Shown piece by piece: positions 19,249-30,427 of a stretch of 64,000 nt of DNA. The DNA comes from a virus. Lineage: Duplodnaviria; Caudoviricetes. The notes beneath the pieces are model-generated. The model did not search any database. It worked only from the letters and a program-made list of their open reading frames with translations, and was not told where the DNA came from. The DNA is taken from IMG/VR virus record IMGVR_UViG_3300037067_027616, positions 96,001 through 160,000 of that record, one strand, 5' to 3'. The translations under genes and the position numbers were made by a program. How positions within the stretch are numbered: the first letter of the stretch is position 1; each line of letters starts with the position of its first letter.

Positions 19249-19947
19249 TCAAGCCGCTTCAGGCAGGGACAGGCGGTATTTGAGGTAGGCATCGAGCATG
19301 TCTTTCGCTTCCCGCACCGAGTAGATGTTGTCATGTTTTTTGTACTTGTCGTACAGTTCCGGCTCGGCGCACATGCGAATCACATCGCGGAGAGGAGCCT
19401 TTGCCAGCTTGAGGCATCGAGCCAGGATGCCTGGGCGTTTGTTCCGGTAAGCCAGGCCGTGCATGACGACATACGCTACATCCTTGGGCAGGGACAGGTC
19501 CAGCGAGCCGTTGTACGTGACCCACAGGGTTTCTCCGCCCGGTAATTTTTCGCAAAGGTATTCCCATCCAGGGGTGGGTTTCTTCCCGGCACCCGTGAAC
19601 ACCATCAGTTTTGTACCCTCGGCATCGAAGTCTATGATGTAGGCGAACTCCATGAAAGTCGCATCACAGAGGTTGCCGGACACATCCTGTACTTCTATCG
19701 GGCCACCTTTGAAGGGTTTGCTCCAGTCCAACTTCAAAAGGTCGTGAGCATCGTTGTCCTTTTCTTTAGAGCTAAACCACTTCACCTTTTTGGTCAAGAA
19801 CTTGAGCATCGTATCCCGGGATACACCATGGAGTCTGTCCAAGATGTGGTCGCCGGCCCAACTCGGATAGGCACTGGAGCTGATGTAGGCAGCGCGTATC
19901 CTTCCGTGCAAACGAAAACCGAACAGTCCTCGTGTGGACATGGGCAT
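19249..19947 (-). CDS. hypothetical phage protein
   Basis: MSTRG..Y...AYP..EFAYIIDFD; C-terminal RL module. Confidence 0.7.
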   Translation of the reverse strand: MPMSTRGLFGFRLHGRIRAAYISSSAYPSWAGDHILDRLHGVSRDTMLKFLTKKVKWFSSKEKDNDAHDLLKLDWSKPFKGGPIEVQDVSGNLCDATFMEFAYIIDFDAEGTKLMVFTGAGKKPTPGWEYLCEKLPGGETLWVTYNGSLDLSLPKDVAYVVMHGLAYRNKRPGILARCLKLAKAPLRDVIRMCAEPELYDKYKKHDNIYSVREAKDMLDAYLKYRLSLPEAA

Positions 19948-20005
19948 CTCCTGGGAGGTGACGGGGTCTCCGTCACCTCCTATGGTTGTAGGGTAGAGCC
20001 TCGGG

Positions 20006-21343
20006 TCAGGCGGCCTCCGCCTCCGGCGGCGCCTGGACCACGCGGCCGTTGACGGTATCGATGTTGAGGATCTTGCCCCAGGTGACCGGGGGTTTGTTAC
20101 CGACCCCGACTATGGCCCATATGATGTTCTTGACGTGCCGCGGGCGTTCGATGGCGGGAGCCTGGCCATCGGTGAGGCAGATGACCGTCTCGTAGCGCAT
20201 CTTGTCGGCGAGTGCGAACGGCTCCTCGAAGGAGGTGCCGCCCCGTCCCTTCACATCGATGGACTTCATCTTGCGGTTGAAGGGTACGACCTTGCCCTGC
20301 AGCGCATGGTCGAACATTTGGATGTCCACGGGCATGGTCTCGGCGATGCGGTTGGTTTCGGACAGGAACTTGGACAGTTCGTTGTCGTGGATGGAACCGG
20401 ACGTATCCCACAGGAGCAGGGCGCGGCCAGTGCAATCCCTCTTGAACCCGGTGTACGGATACCCGAACCTTCTGTTCGGGCGTTTGAAGGTGTGTGACCA
20501 CGTTTTGGTGATGACGTGTCCGTAGATGGCACGGAGCAGCCGGTGCCACGCGATCCTTGACTTCTGGGCCGCGAGTATCGTCTGCTTGACATCGCCGGGC
20601 ATGTTGCCCCAGTAGCGGTCAGAGTTTTCCATCTCCCGTATCTTCTGGCGGATGATCTCATCGGCTACGGTGTTCTCTTCATCGGACCAGCCTTCGTGGC
20701 AGTCGAACCCGCCGTGGCTGCCGAGCTTCTTCCCTACACCCTTGCCTGACCCCTTGCCGCCGTTCTTGCCCTTCTTGTCACCCTCCTTGCCGTCCCCTTT
20801 GCCGTTGCCTTCCTTGTCATCGTCACCTTCGCCACCCCCACTGCCGTCCCCTTCCCCTTCGCCGTTGCCTTCCTTGTCACTCTTGTCCTGGTTGTTTTCT
20901 TTGGGGGGTGTAGGGAGAAGGTCGAAGTATTGTTCCATGGACAGCTTGTCCTTGAACTTGAATTGGGACGGGAACAATATGCCTTCGGGGGCTTTGCGGA
21001 AATTGTTTTCAACGATGAGGCAGTTGATGGCAAGGTCCGCTGCGATGTTGTGCTTCATACGTTCTGCCGCGTCCGTGGGCCGCCTGGTGGTGCAGTGATG
21101 GAGAGCCAGGTGGAACATCTCATGGGAGAAGGCATACCGTATTTGCTCATCGGAGAGGGACTCCATGTACTCCCGGTTGTAGCCCAGGGTCATGCACGAC
21201 CCCTCCACGGACACGCCCATCGTAGGTATGGACTTGACCTCCTCGCGGCGCAGGAGCATGAGGAGTTCATGCGTGAAGGGATCATCGAGGGCCATAAACC
21301 CCAGGAGCCAGTCGAACCTCTCCTGGAAGTTTTCGTACTTCAT
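20006..21343 (-). CDS. metallopeptidase-VWA domain protein (DUF2201-like), partner of the MoxR AAA
   Basis: HEMFH...NIAADLAIN; G/K/D/E-rich linker; DTSGS, GRGGTSF, LTDG MIDAS motifs. Confidence 0.9.
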   Translation of the reverse strand: MKYENFQERFDWLLGFMALDDPFTHELLMLLRREEVKSIPTMGVSVEGSCMTLGYNREYMESLSDEQIRYAFSHEMFHLALHHCTTRRPTDAAERMKHNIAADLAINCLIVENNFRKAPEGILFPSQFKFKDKLSMEQYFDLLPTPPKENNQDKSDKEGNGEGEGDGSGGGEGDDDKEGNGKGDGKEGDKKGKNGGKGSGKGVGKKLGSHGGFDCHEGWSDEENTVADEIIRQKIREMENSDRYWGNMPGDVKQTILAAQKSRIAWHRLLRAIYGHVITKTWSHTFKRPNRRFGYPYTGFKRDCTGRALLLWDTSGSIHDNELSKFLSETNRIAETMPVDIQMFDHALQGKVVPFNRKMKSIDVKGRGGTSFEEPFALADKMRYETVICLTDGQAPAIERPRHVKNIIWAIVGVGNKPPVTWGKILNIDTVNGRVVQAPPEAEAA

Positions 21344-21355
21344 GGTGTCCCCCTT

Positions 21356-22642
21356 TTACTTTGCGGTGTCGGCCTTTGCAGGTGTCTTGAGGGCATCGAG
21401 GATGAGGTCCTGAACCGTTTTGTCCCCGTACCAATCCATGCACGCCTCGCGGCACTTGCCGAGCATGTTCTTCCACAGGTGCGCGGTCATTTCCTTGGTG
21501 AGGAGCTTGAGGTACGCAGTCAGGTTTTTCTTCTGCGCCGAGGGTATGACCTTGGACTTTGACTCCGCGATCTCTTCGACGATCATATCGGAGTACCGGC
21601 TTATCTCGATCACTTTCCCGGCATCGATAATCGCCTTGACCTTTTCGGCGACCGACTTGTTCCACCTGTTGAGGATGATGTCACCGGAGAGCGACTCGTA
21701 GTCCGTCTCGATATACCGCATGTACTCTATCGAGGCGAGCGCACCCACGTATCCCATCCCCATCATCTGGAGATAGTCGAGCGAGCTGCGGTCTTTGGCT
21801 ATCGGTTCCGGCACTTCACCGATGGCGGCAAGAGCCTCACGGGTCTTGAGGCAGTCGGAGAACATCTCCCATGCTCTGCGGTTCTGCACCTGCATGGTCA
21901 CGTCTGTTTCGGCCTGGGTGAGGAGTTCCTCGGACGGGTCGAGCAGGCGCGGGTGCAGTTTGATAAGGCTGGTGATGGTCGGGTGAAGGGGTCCCGTGAT
22001 CGGTGCGCTGATGATCTTGAGCACTTCGGGATTGGTCTTCACGGGTTCGGCTACCGGTTTTGCCGCCCAGTTGAGCCACTCTTCGACACTGGGCCGGAAC
22101 TTGATGATATAGAACCGTGACTTGAACGCCACGTCCATGACGTTGACCTGATAGTGTTCGTCACCGTTGATGGCGGCGATGATGCGCCATCCGTCACGCA
22201 GGGCGCGGGTGTTCATGGTGCGGTCGAGCACGAGTTCAAAGGCCGCCTGTTGCACTTCACGGGTGGCACGGTTGATCTCGTTGAGGAACAGGATACCTCT
22301 TTCGAGGGACGACTTCTTGCTTGCCGCTGTGGCGACCTGTCCCATGAGGTCTTCGAGTTCGAGGTCTTCTTCCTCTTTGAACGGCATCCAGTCAGGCGGC
22401 GCGAACACGGTGCGTCCCTTGACCCGGAACGGCATGCCTTTGATATCGCCCACGTCATTCTGGGACAGCCGGATATCCACACACGGGACGTTCTGAATCT
22501 GGGCGACCGTCTTGATGATGCCGTCCTTGCCTACCCCGTGGTCTCCCACGAGGAGGATGGACTGACGGATAGGCCAATGCAGGAGCACGTCCGTGGCGAA
22601 CGCCGCGTTCATGGCTCTCGCCACAACTTTATCTTCTGCCAT
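21356..22642 (-). CDS. MoxR-type AAA+ ATPase (atypical Walker motifs)
   Basis: GDHGVGKD, DIRLSQ..GDIKGMP, GILFLNEINRA, IIAAIN, D.AFKSRF, RAWE. Confidence 0.85.
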   Translation of the reverse strand: MAEDKVVARAMNAAFATDVLLHWPIRQSILLVGDHGVGKDGIIKTVAQIQNVPCVDIRLSQNDVGDIKGMPFRVKGRTVFAPPDWMPFKEEEDLELEDLMGQVATAASKKSSLERGILFLNEINRATREVQQAAFELVLDRTMNTRALRDGWRIIAAINGDEHYQVNVMDVAFKSRFYIIKFRPSVEEWLNWAAKPVAEPVKTNPEVLKIISAPITGPLHPTITSLIKLHPRLLDPSEELLTQAETDVTMQVQNRRAWEMFSDCLKTREALAAIGEVPEPIAKDRSSLDYLQMMGMGYVGALASIEYMRYIETDYESLSGDIILNRWNKSVAEKVKAIIDAGKVIEISRYSDMIVEEIAESKSKVIPSAQKKNLTAYLKLLTKEMTAHLWKNMLGKCREACMDWYGDKTVQDLILDALKTPAKADTAK

Positions 22643-22681
22643 TAGGTCCTCCAAACGGTTGAGGTCCTCGCCTTGACGAGT

Positions 22682-22710
22682 AATATACTAAAACAATACA
22701 CGTTTGTCAA
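22682..22710 (-). promoter_or_regulatory. sigma70-type promoter
   Basis: TTGACA-N17-TATATT. Confidence 0.85.
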
Positions 22711-22729
22711 TAGCGGGATTCAGGTTTAT

Positions 22730-23098
22730 TTATCCTGAATATAAAGCGTCCGTGGCTCTTGAGAAAAGGGCTTCATCATTGAGTACTTCGTGAGCGATGC
22801 GGGCAAGAGCGCACAGCAGGCCATCGTTTTCTCCGAGTCCCTTGTAATCATCAACATCGAATTCGCAGTCGGACAAGGCGGTTATCCAATTGGCGGGAGT
22901 CTGAATGTCCTTACCGGCGAGGCGTTCCTTTGCCCACTCGGATTGGTTGCCTTTTCCGTCTGCCATAGGGGGGAGTTCTGCATCCGTAGCTTCCGCCACG
23001 CTTCTGAATTCCTCGGACATCTTCATAGCCTTGTCCTTGAGGTAGGAGTAGGCACCGTCTATCATGCTCTCCAAGGACTTCCTGAGCTTATTCTTCAC
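22730..23098 (-). CDS. hypothetical protein
   Basis: GGAGG SD, GTG start; internal ELP..KERL module. Confidence 0.65.
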   Translation of the reverse strand: MKNKLRKSLESMIDGAYSYLKDKAMKMSEEFRSVAEATDAELPPMADGKGNQSEWAKERLAGKDIQTPANWITALSDCEFDVDDYKGLGENDGLLCALARIAHEVLNDEALFSRATDALYSG

Positions 23099-23239
23099 GG
23101 GATACCTCCAAGGTTCTACGGTAGGTTCTTTGTTACCAAGCGGGCAGGAGGGTCACCAAGAGGAGGGCTCCCGCCACCGTGGTTACAAGTACGGCGGCGA
23201 TGACCCCGAATACTATCCGGCCGAAGTTCGGGAAGTCAC

Positions 23240-25297
23240 TCACAGGAGAAGTTCATGTTTGTTGAGTTCATCGTAGATCTTTGAGTGGAATTCCTCGGTG
23301 ACTTCACCCACAAGGTCAGACAAGGTGTCGGCGGATATGCCACTGTTCTTCTCGATAGTCTGGGTGAGAGCTTTAGTCATCCCCGGTATCTTCTGGTAGA
23401 ATACATCCATGGCATTCTTCACAGCAAATGCCGTGACTGTACCGGGATAATTTGTTTTAGTCATGGTGCTCCTTTACCAGGTGATGTATACGAGGCCCCT
23501 GAAGTCCTTGGGTAGAACCTCGAGCACCTTGCCCGCCACTTCCGAGGTGGCGTTCTCCAGGCTGTCCACGTCCACCACCAGCACACCATCGCCGGAGGCC
23601 GTGTAGTTGCAGCCATTCATCAAGTCATCCATGGACCCTGAGTCCATGGCGACATGCTGGATGGCTCCAATATCCAGGGCCTTCACAGACATGTATGAAT
23701 TCTTTTTTGCCATGGTCAGGCCCCCCTTCTGAGGTTGTCCCATTTGTCAATCTTCTTTACGATCCTCGATGGCAAAGAGTCCGCAAGACTCTCATCAGCC
23801 ATGATAGCCAACAGAGCATCTTCCGCAGACTTGAGCCGGTTTTTGGTCGTGTTGTTCTTTCCCATGGTCACGCCCCTTCGCTCTTCACGGTAGAGATGGC
23901 ATAGGTTTCTCCATCCTGCTCGACCCACACCGTGCCACACTGATGCTCGATAGGGGAACCCTCGTTGAGACCACCCTCTTCCGCTACTGCACGTCCCAAC
24001 TCTTCGTACCAATTCAACGCATTCTTTTCAGGCATGGTAAAGCCTCCTTATCCGTTCTGGTTCGCGGCGGCCCACTTGAACGCCGCACGTTTGGTACGGA
24101 AGTCCTCAAGCGCCTCGCCGGTGTCGCGGATGACCACGTATTTGGACAATCTCCACCTACGCCATCCCTTCCTGAGGTAGACATCCATCACTCCGAACGT
24201 CTTGACGGGTTCAATCACCACCCCGCCGAGGATTTCTTCGTGCATGATCAGTCCTCCCCCACCACATAATACTGTGCCCTGTGCCCTAACATACGCTGCA
24301 CCACAACTCCCCATTGGCGACTCTCATGCGAACTATACCACATATCCGACCCCTTGAACTGAAACCACATGCCGTTGTCGTCAATCGCCGACACCACCTT
24401 GTTCACAGTACCAGCACACGCGGCAACCTCACCACGCGGTGTGGAAGTAATACGTTGGAGCATAACCTTCTTGCCTACCTTGAACTTCATGGTGAAACCT
24501 CCTTCAGTTCATAACCAAATTGGGTTTCGGGTTGAACCTGTCCCATCTGTAGGTGTGGCTATCGCAAGTCATCTCACCAGTTGGGTTTTCAGGGTTGCCC
24601 CGATCCTTGTAGACACGGGCGACCCACCCTGAGAAACAAGCTCTCTGACGGTTCGTATTGAGCTTCGTGAACTTTCTCTTGATGACCTTCAACGCCGCAC
24701 CCTTTGTAGTCGTGGTGCCCTTGGCGAGCATGCGACCGGAGCCAATACTGACGAAGTATTCGTACTTTCTCATGGTCTCAATCCTCTGTGGGCCAGAACC
24801 CGTAGGCTTCGAGGTGTTCGGACACCATCGAAATGAAGTCCGCACCTTCGATATTTTTGTTCACGTTCAGGGACTCACCCGTGGGGTCGCCGTCCTCGTC
24901 CGTGTCCATGTCCAACAGCGTCGCCTCGGCGATAGCCAACAGGCACTGCCGGACATCCTTCTCCTTCGCCGTGCGGATGGCACGGGCGAGGTCCTTCGGG
25001 GTCTTGATGACAGCAATCTTCTTCTTGGTCATGATAGAGCCTCCCTTATTTGTACCAGAGGCCGAGCTTCTTCAGCGCAGCCTGTATGAAACCCTTGGAC
25101 ACATCCACATCGTCCTCAATGGCAGTCACCAACTCGGTGTGACCCTTGGCGGCAGGGAACTCACGAAGAGCTTCCGCAGGCACTCCGTCCGTGTCGTGGT
25201 CCACCACCACCGCCTCGATGGCGCGGTCAGCCACGATACCCACCACCAACCCATCCCGTACTTCGACGATCACTCTCGGTTTCTGCGACATACTCAT
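23240..25297 (-). other. run of ~9 small hypothetical genes
   Basis: abutting or overlapping 55-90 aa ORFs with SD sites. Confidence 0.6.
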
Positions 25298-25318
25298 TCC
25301 TCCTTCATTGTTACGGGT

Positions 25319-25347
25319 AATATACTAAAATAAAAACCGTTTGTCAA
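25319..25347 (-). promoter_or_regulatory. sigma70-type promoter
   Basis: TTGACA-N17-TATATT. Confidence 0.85.
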
Positions 25348-25811
25348 CAGGAATCTTGATGTTTTTTCGTCGGTGTGCTCAGGCGTTTCAGGAAAATCTC
25401 TTTTGCATCAGGTGTCTTCCATTTCCTGTTGACATGCTTCGGGAGTTCACGGTCAGGCATGAGCGCCACCCGTAGTTCCTCAAGGTATATACGGTCGGTG
25501 CTCCAGTGGGTATCGCAGTTCTTGAGCATCCCCTCCCACCAGAAATCATCACTCGACACCACAAGTTCCTCGCAATCCACGGATACGTCCACATCGTTCA
25601 GGTTTTCTTCATCATCTTCCTTCAAAAAGTCGGGGAGGTAATCGTAGTCGTGGATGTATGACACCCTTTCACGGCGCACCACGGCGGCCAGGTGAAGGAT
25701 GTGCCGTGCGAACCCCCTGCTTATCTCGATGCGTGCGTGGTCGAAGTCATCTGCGCAATCCGACCGTATGGAAGCCTCGATGACCTTCACCAAGACCGGC
25801 GTGCTCTTCAT
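25344..25811 (-). CDS. hypothetical protein with C-terminal LP..RL module
   Basis: LMPDRELPKHV...EIFLKRL. Confidence 0.7.
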   Translation of the reverse strand: MKSTPVLVKVIEASIRSDCADDFDHARIEISRGFARHILHLAAVVRRERVSYIHDYDYLPDFLKEDDEENLNDVDVSVDCEELVVSSDDFWWEGMLKNCDTHWSTDRIYLEELRVALMPDRELPKHVNRKWKTPDAKEIFLKRLSTPTKKHQDSC

Positions 25812-26038
25812 GGGACCTCCTTGCGAGGATGTACGGTATGACTTCGGTTAATCGGGCACCCAGACCCAGGAAGAGTCTTTCTCATCGTACTTGGGGATGT
25901 ATTCGGAGGTTGCGCGTTCCTTGTCCGTGAACCGGGTGGCACTGTCGATAGACCCCCAACCGTCCTCGTTGTTCCAGTACATCGGCTGGTCGTCGAACTT
26001 GTCCACACCACCTAAAATGACGTTCATGTTTCCTCCTG

Positions 26039-26491
26039 TCACCGGATCGCGACACCCCACACGATGTCGTGGATGACCTTGGTGTACCGGGCATCACCAC
26101 AACCGTTAGCGATGTCCCGTATGTCCCGCAATGCACATTCTCTGAAATACTTGACGTTGGCACCCACCTGTCGCCCGCGGAGCGGTTTGTACCGAGGTAG
26201 TTTGACACACGCCCCGCCGAGGTCCTTGCCATCGTAGGTGAGCATGTATCCGTTAGCGTTCGCCCTGTAACCGAGCTTCGTGGTGTCGATGAAGGACTCG
26301 GGCTGGAACTCAAGCGCGATTTCCTCAAGGGTGAGGTTGCATTTGGTTTTGATCCTCTTGAGGAGCGTGGGCAGATTCGGGGCATGCACCACAGGATATA
26401 GCGTATGAACTTCCTTCGGTTTCTGCACGCATGCTGCTGATATGTCACGCGGTCCGAAATTCAGGTTCACCTGAAACGTAGTGCGATTCAT
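26039..26491 (-). CDS. hypothetical protein
   Basis: GGAGG SD. Confidence 0.65.
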   Translation of the reverse strand: MNRTTFQVNLNFGPRDISAACVQKPKEVHTLYPVVHAPNLPTLLKRIKTKCNLTLEEIALEFQPESFIDTTKLGYRANANGYMLTYDGKDLGGACVKLPRYKPLRGRQVGANVKYFRECALRDIRDIANGCGDARYTKVIHDIVWGVAIR

Positions 26492-26746
26492 GCTGCTGCC
26501 TCCTTCACGTATAGGATTCCACTTGGACAGGCATACCCGCAACGATACATTGGAAAAGTTGGTCGCCTACCTTATCGTCATCGTAGCGATAAACGACTGC
26601 ATCTTTCTTGTCGGTCGCCGAGAACTTCCCATCCCACCCGATGTACAGGGTCTGGCCGTCTTTTACAACCTTGATGACCACACGGGAGTTTTTGCCACCG
26701 AAGGCTTCATCTGCCGCTACCTTCGCTGCGAAGGACTTGATTTCAC

Positions 26747-27148
26747 TTACGAGCATGACAGAGTCTCCTTCACGTAAGGTTTGTCCCACTGCCCGATGTT
26801 GATGTTGATGTACCAACCGACATCGAAGTGGTCGATCATTGGTTCACTATTGTCATGGTTGCCCTTGTCCATTACCTCCCGTAACTCCACCAAGCAATCT
26901 TTCGCCGCACCCGTGAACATCTCGTGGCACCAATAGGTATTGACTTGGATGTAACCGTCAAAGGTGATTCTTTTGCCCTTCCCCGTGGTGTTGTAGTTCC
27001 CGATGAAGTCTATGAGACCAGACTTGATAGAGACTACCAAGGTGCTGAGATGCTTGACGGACACGCTCCCCTTGACCCCATACTTCTTCAGTATGGCCTT
27101 GATCAAAGGTTCCTTGGACTTCTTATTCTCCTGGGACATGTAAGCCAT
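26747..27148 (-). CDS. conserved phage hypothetical protein
   Basis: MAYMSQE.KK...HDNSE.MIDHFDVGWY..INIGQWDKPY, a pattern I recall from large phages. Confidence 0.75.
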   Translation of the reverse strand: MAYMSQENKKSKEPLIKAILKKYGVKGSVSVKHLSTLVVSIKSGLIDFIGNYNTTGKGKRITFDGYIQVNTYWCHEMFTGAAKDCLVELREVMDKGNHDNSEPMIDHFDVGWYININIGQWDKPYVKETLSCS

Positions 27149-27163
27149 GGTAGAACCTCCTGT

Positions 27164-27658
27164 TCAACCCATGAGGACGCGCACTTCGATGACGCGACCT
27201 TCCTCGTTTGTCTTGCCCCACACCTCATAGCAACCGTCACCGTACCCGCTGCTGAAAGCCACACCCGCTCCCTCGTGGCCCATTTTGAAAACCATCGACC
27301 CGCCGTTGCCGTCACGGGTGGCGTCGCAGCATCCCCGGTAGCTGAACTCTTTGACCTTCTCCTGCGGTAGAACCTCGATGAGTCTCTTGTCGCGGGCATC
27401 GTTGATGGACAGGCCACCCAGCAACTCTTGGGGGCTGTCATAGGTAGTGCCGTGGCCATTGAACTGCCATGTCCACCCGTTGAGGTCGGGGAACTCCTTC
27501 TTGCCTTTGGCGGACAGAACGAAAGTTTCGTATCCTGCGGGTTCCTTGTCCTGTTTCCACTCGCTGTCAATGTAACACGGGTCACACACCATAAGCTGTC
27601 CGCTGTCCACACCTACGCTACCGAGGAGCTTCCAATTATTTCCACGAGGTCTTGCCAT
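27164..27658 (-). CDS. DUF4241-like protein
   Basis: VGVDSGQLMVCDP and SGYGDGCYEV motifs. Confidence 0.7.
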   Translation of the reverse strand: MARPRGNNWKLLGSVGVDSGQLMVCDPCYIDSEWKQDKEPAGYETFVLSAKGKKEFPDLNGWTWQFNGHGTTYDSPQELLGGLSINDARDKRLIEVLPQEKVKEFSYRGCCDATRDGNGGSMVFKMGHEGAGVAFSSGYGDGCYEVWGKTNEEGRVIEVRVLMG

Positions 27659-27682
27659 GTTATACCTCCCTTTGATAGAAGG

Positions 27683-27711
27683 AATATACTAAAAGAATAT
27701 ACTATTGTCAA
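27683..27711 (-). promoter_or_regulatory. sigma70-type promoter
   Basis: TTGACA-N17-TATATT. Confidence 0.85.
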
Positions 27712-27891
27712 CAACTTTCTTCAGGTATTTCAGGGATGCGGGAGGTCAGAACAAATACTGAAGCAGGGACACCGCAAGGACAGCCGCTCCGACACCCACT
27801 GAAAGGCCCGTGCGAAAGTCCTTTTTCTTGGCAAGCACGTAGCAGGCTATGGTGCCCGCGCAAAATCCTATGGCTGTCCAGATGTAGGGAG

Positions 27892-28185
27892 TCATGCTGG
27901 TTTCCTTTCGAGCTGTTCGATTTCCTTGATGACCTTCTCTATCTCAGCACGCACCTTGGACTCCTGGTCCAGGAGAGCTGCCCGCCGGGCCTCAAGGTTC
28001 TTGCGTAAGTCCTCGACTCCCAGGCTGTGGCATTTCGGGCACTCCCTGGGGCGTTTGTCGAAGGCGTATCGGTCATACATGTGTATCCACTCTTCATGCC
28101 CGCACGCATCACAGTGGTAGACCGCGAACCATTTGTCGCGGGGGTCTTTACCTGTCCCCGTTTGGAACTCTCGTACGTAGACCAT
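27892..28185 (-). CDS. zinc-ribbon plus coiled-coil protein
   Basis: CDAC...CPKC followed by heptad-rich tail. Confidence 0.7.
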   Translation of the reverse strand: MVYVREFQTGTGKDPRDKWFAVYHCDACGHEEWIHMYDRYAFDKRPRECPKCHSLGVEDLRKNLEARRAALLDQESKVRAEIEKVIKEIEQLERKPA

Positions 28186-28503
28186 GTGGTGTCCTCACTT
28201 TCCGAGGGAGGCCGAGGATGTCTTCCAAGTCCACCCTCGGCAGGGTCAGCCTACGGACTCGGATACCATACTTCTTCGCCATCCGCAAAATCAACGTGTT
28301 CTTTGTCATTGCGCAAACTCACTCACGATAAAGTTGTCGAACTTTGACACGCACTTGCTTTGCTCTGTGTCAGCAAGCGCATCCATTAAGTTACCCAAAG
28401 CATCGTTTGACAACGCAGGTATTTCAGACGTGAGAATTTCTATCGCTCTCTCACGAGTGATACGCTGTGTGGATTTTATGCTCATCAGTTCCTCCTTGTT
28501 GGT

Positions 28504-28875
28504 TCAGTAGATGCCCATCATCCGTTGCTCTGCCCGCACCTCGGCGCGGTACTCCGACTCGGCTACCTGCCAGAGGCGTTCGCTCACCAACAGACGCTTC
28601 TGGGCATAGGTACATGCCGCCACGTCCGGCACGGCGACCACACGCTTCCCGTGACATTCGGGGCAGGGGATGTCGTACACGCCGGCGAAGTACTCTTCCT
28701 TGAAGTCCGGGTCCTCGGCGAAGGCGTTGGCGTCCAGGCCGTTCCCGTCCACGGCAGGATTTACGGTAGACCCTCGGCCCTCACACTGGGGACACACCTC
28801 ATATTTGCCCGGCAGCATGACCTCGATCTGATCAAAATCCGCCTTGATGTCGTGCAGCTTCATGGTTACGTTCAT
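28504..28875 (-). CDS. DnaJ-type zinc-finger protein
   Basis: CPQCEGRG...CPECHG. Confidence 0.7.
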   Translation of the reverse strand: MNVTMKLHDIKADFDQIEVMLPGKYEVCPQCEGRGSTVNPAVDGNGLDANAFAEDPDFKEEYFAGVYDIPCPECHGKRVVAVPDVAACTYAQKRLLVSERLWQVAESEYRAEVRAEQRMMGIY

Positions 28876-29926
28876 GTTAGTCCCCCTCATTTTATTCATC
28901 CTTTTTGGCTGCAAACCACAGCCGCCCACGGATCACTTCTCCAAGGTCTTTTGTTCTGAACATGTTAAACGAATCAGTAATCCGCATACAACTGCCCGTC
29001 TGGGCACGGGCTTCCTGTCGGGCCTTGTTGATTATCGCAAGGTCGGCTTCATCCAACACCCACGGCACCAGGCTACGGCCGTAGGCATGCTGGGCTTGTT
29101 CCAATGTCAGGTCGGTAGTCATCAGTAATCCTCCGGCTCGATGGGTTCATCGGCCTCGTATGCCCCGGTGAAAATCTCGGGACGGTATTTCGCTTTGACC
29201 TTCTTCTCACACCGCTCGCAGACGTAGGCTACGAAGATACCGTAGGCATCCGTCAACTCGTACCGCTCCTTGCCGGAGCCGCACTTGCACAGGTCACGGT
29301 CGTCATCAGCGATCCTGGCGTCCATCTCGGCACGTACTGCCTGCTGTTCGGAAGGGGTCATGGTATTACTCCTATCGGTTCATGATGGCCGCACGCTCGC
29401 GGCGCTCATCGTTGACTGTGTTCCAGAAACGATCCTTGCAGTTGCCCGGCCCCTTGCGGCGGCAGAAGACGTGGCTTGCGGTCAGCTTACGAAAGGAACG
29501 GCCACACACCGGGCAAATCACCACCATGCCCGCCATGGCCCATTTGTTCCTATCCCAAACGTCCAACAACCTGTCGCGCTCCATCTCCCGCTCGACCTCT
29601 GCGGCCTCGTAGGCTTCCTCGATGCCATCCAGCCCGCCGTGTCCTTCATCACTCATACGCGACCTCCTGTCAGCACCCGAAGTATATCGCCGGGTTCCTT
29701 GTCTGAAGCATACAAAGTTTCTCCAACTTGGACGGTGGCTTCGGTGCTCGGTTTTCTTCATAGTAAAAGTATGCCCACCCGTCCCCGTGTGTCCTCTCGC
29801 TGCTGCAACATGCCTGCGCCTGCTCAAGCGTCAACCCGGAAGCAATACGCTTGTTGTGATCCGGGTGACTCATATCGAAATGTTTGCAAACGATCTTGTA
29901 TGTTGCCATGGGTGTCCCCCTATCAG

Positions 29927-30244
29927 TTACAAAGTCTTCCACCCTGTCGGAGCGCAGATGCGAAGCGTGCCATCACTCTTCTCCACCACGTCACCTACGG
30001 AAGTGGAACGATGGTCGGTCCCCCCGATGGGTCTGACCCCGGCGTTGCCCACCCACGCCTGCTCGATGGAGTTGGTCATGAGGAAAGCGTATTCCTCTTG
30101 GCTGCCGTTGTTGCCGGCGGGTACGTCATAGATTTCGGCGACCAACTTGTAGTCACCGTCAGCCCACGCACGCCGATGCTCGACGAGGTTGTCTTCGGTG
30201 TACAGCAGGAACGTAGGATTCTTGCGGTGATAAACCTTGATCAT
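29927..30244 (-). CDS. YodL-like protein
   Basis: HRSTSVGDVV motif. Confidence 0.6.
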   Translation of the reverse strand: MIKVYHRKNPTFLLYTEDNLVEHRRAWADGDYKLVAEIYDVPAGNNGSQEEYAFLMTNSIEQAWVGNAGVRPIGGTDHRSTSVGDVVEKSDGTLRICAPTGWKTL

Positions 30245-30427
30245 TGCTAACCCCTTTTCTGTGGTTCCTTGTACGTGGCGGCCTTTTCCTTCAGCACCAA
30301 CCCCGTACCGTTGCAGAACGTACAACTCTCGGCCTCTTCCTTCAGGGAGGAGCCGTACCCGTTACAGTGAGGACATTCGGTAAGTCCATGCGCCGCCGGG
30401 TTTTGCATCTCTTCGATGGTGAGCATA

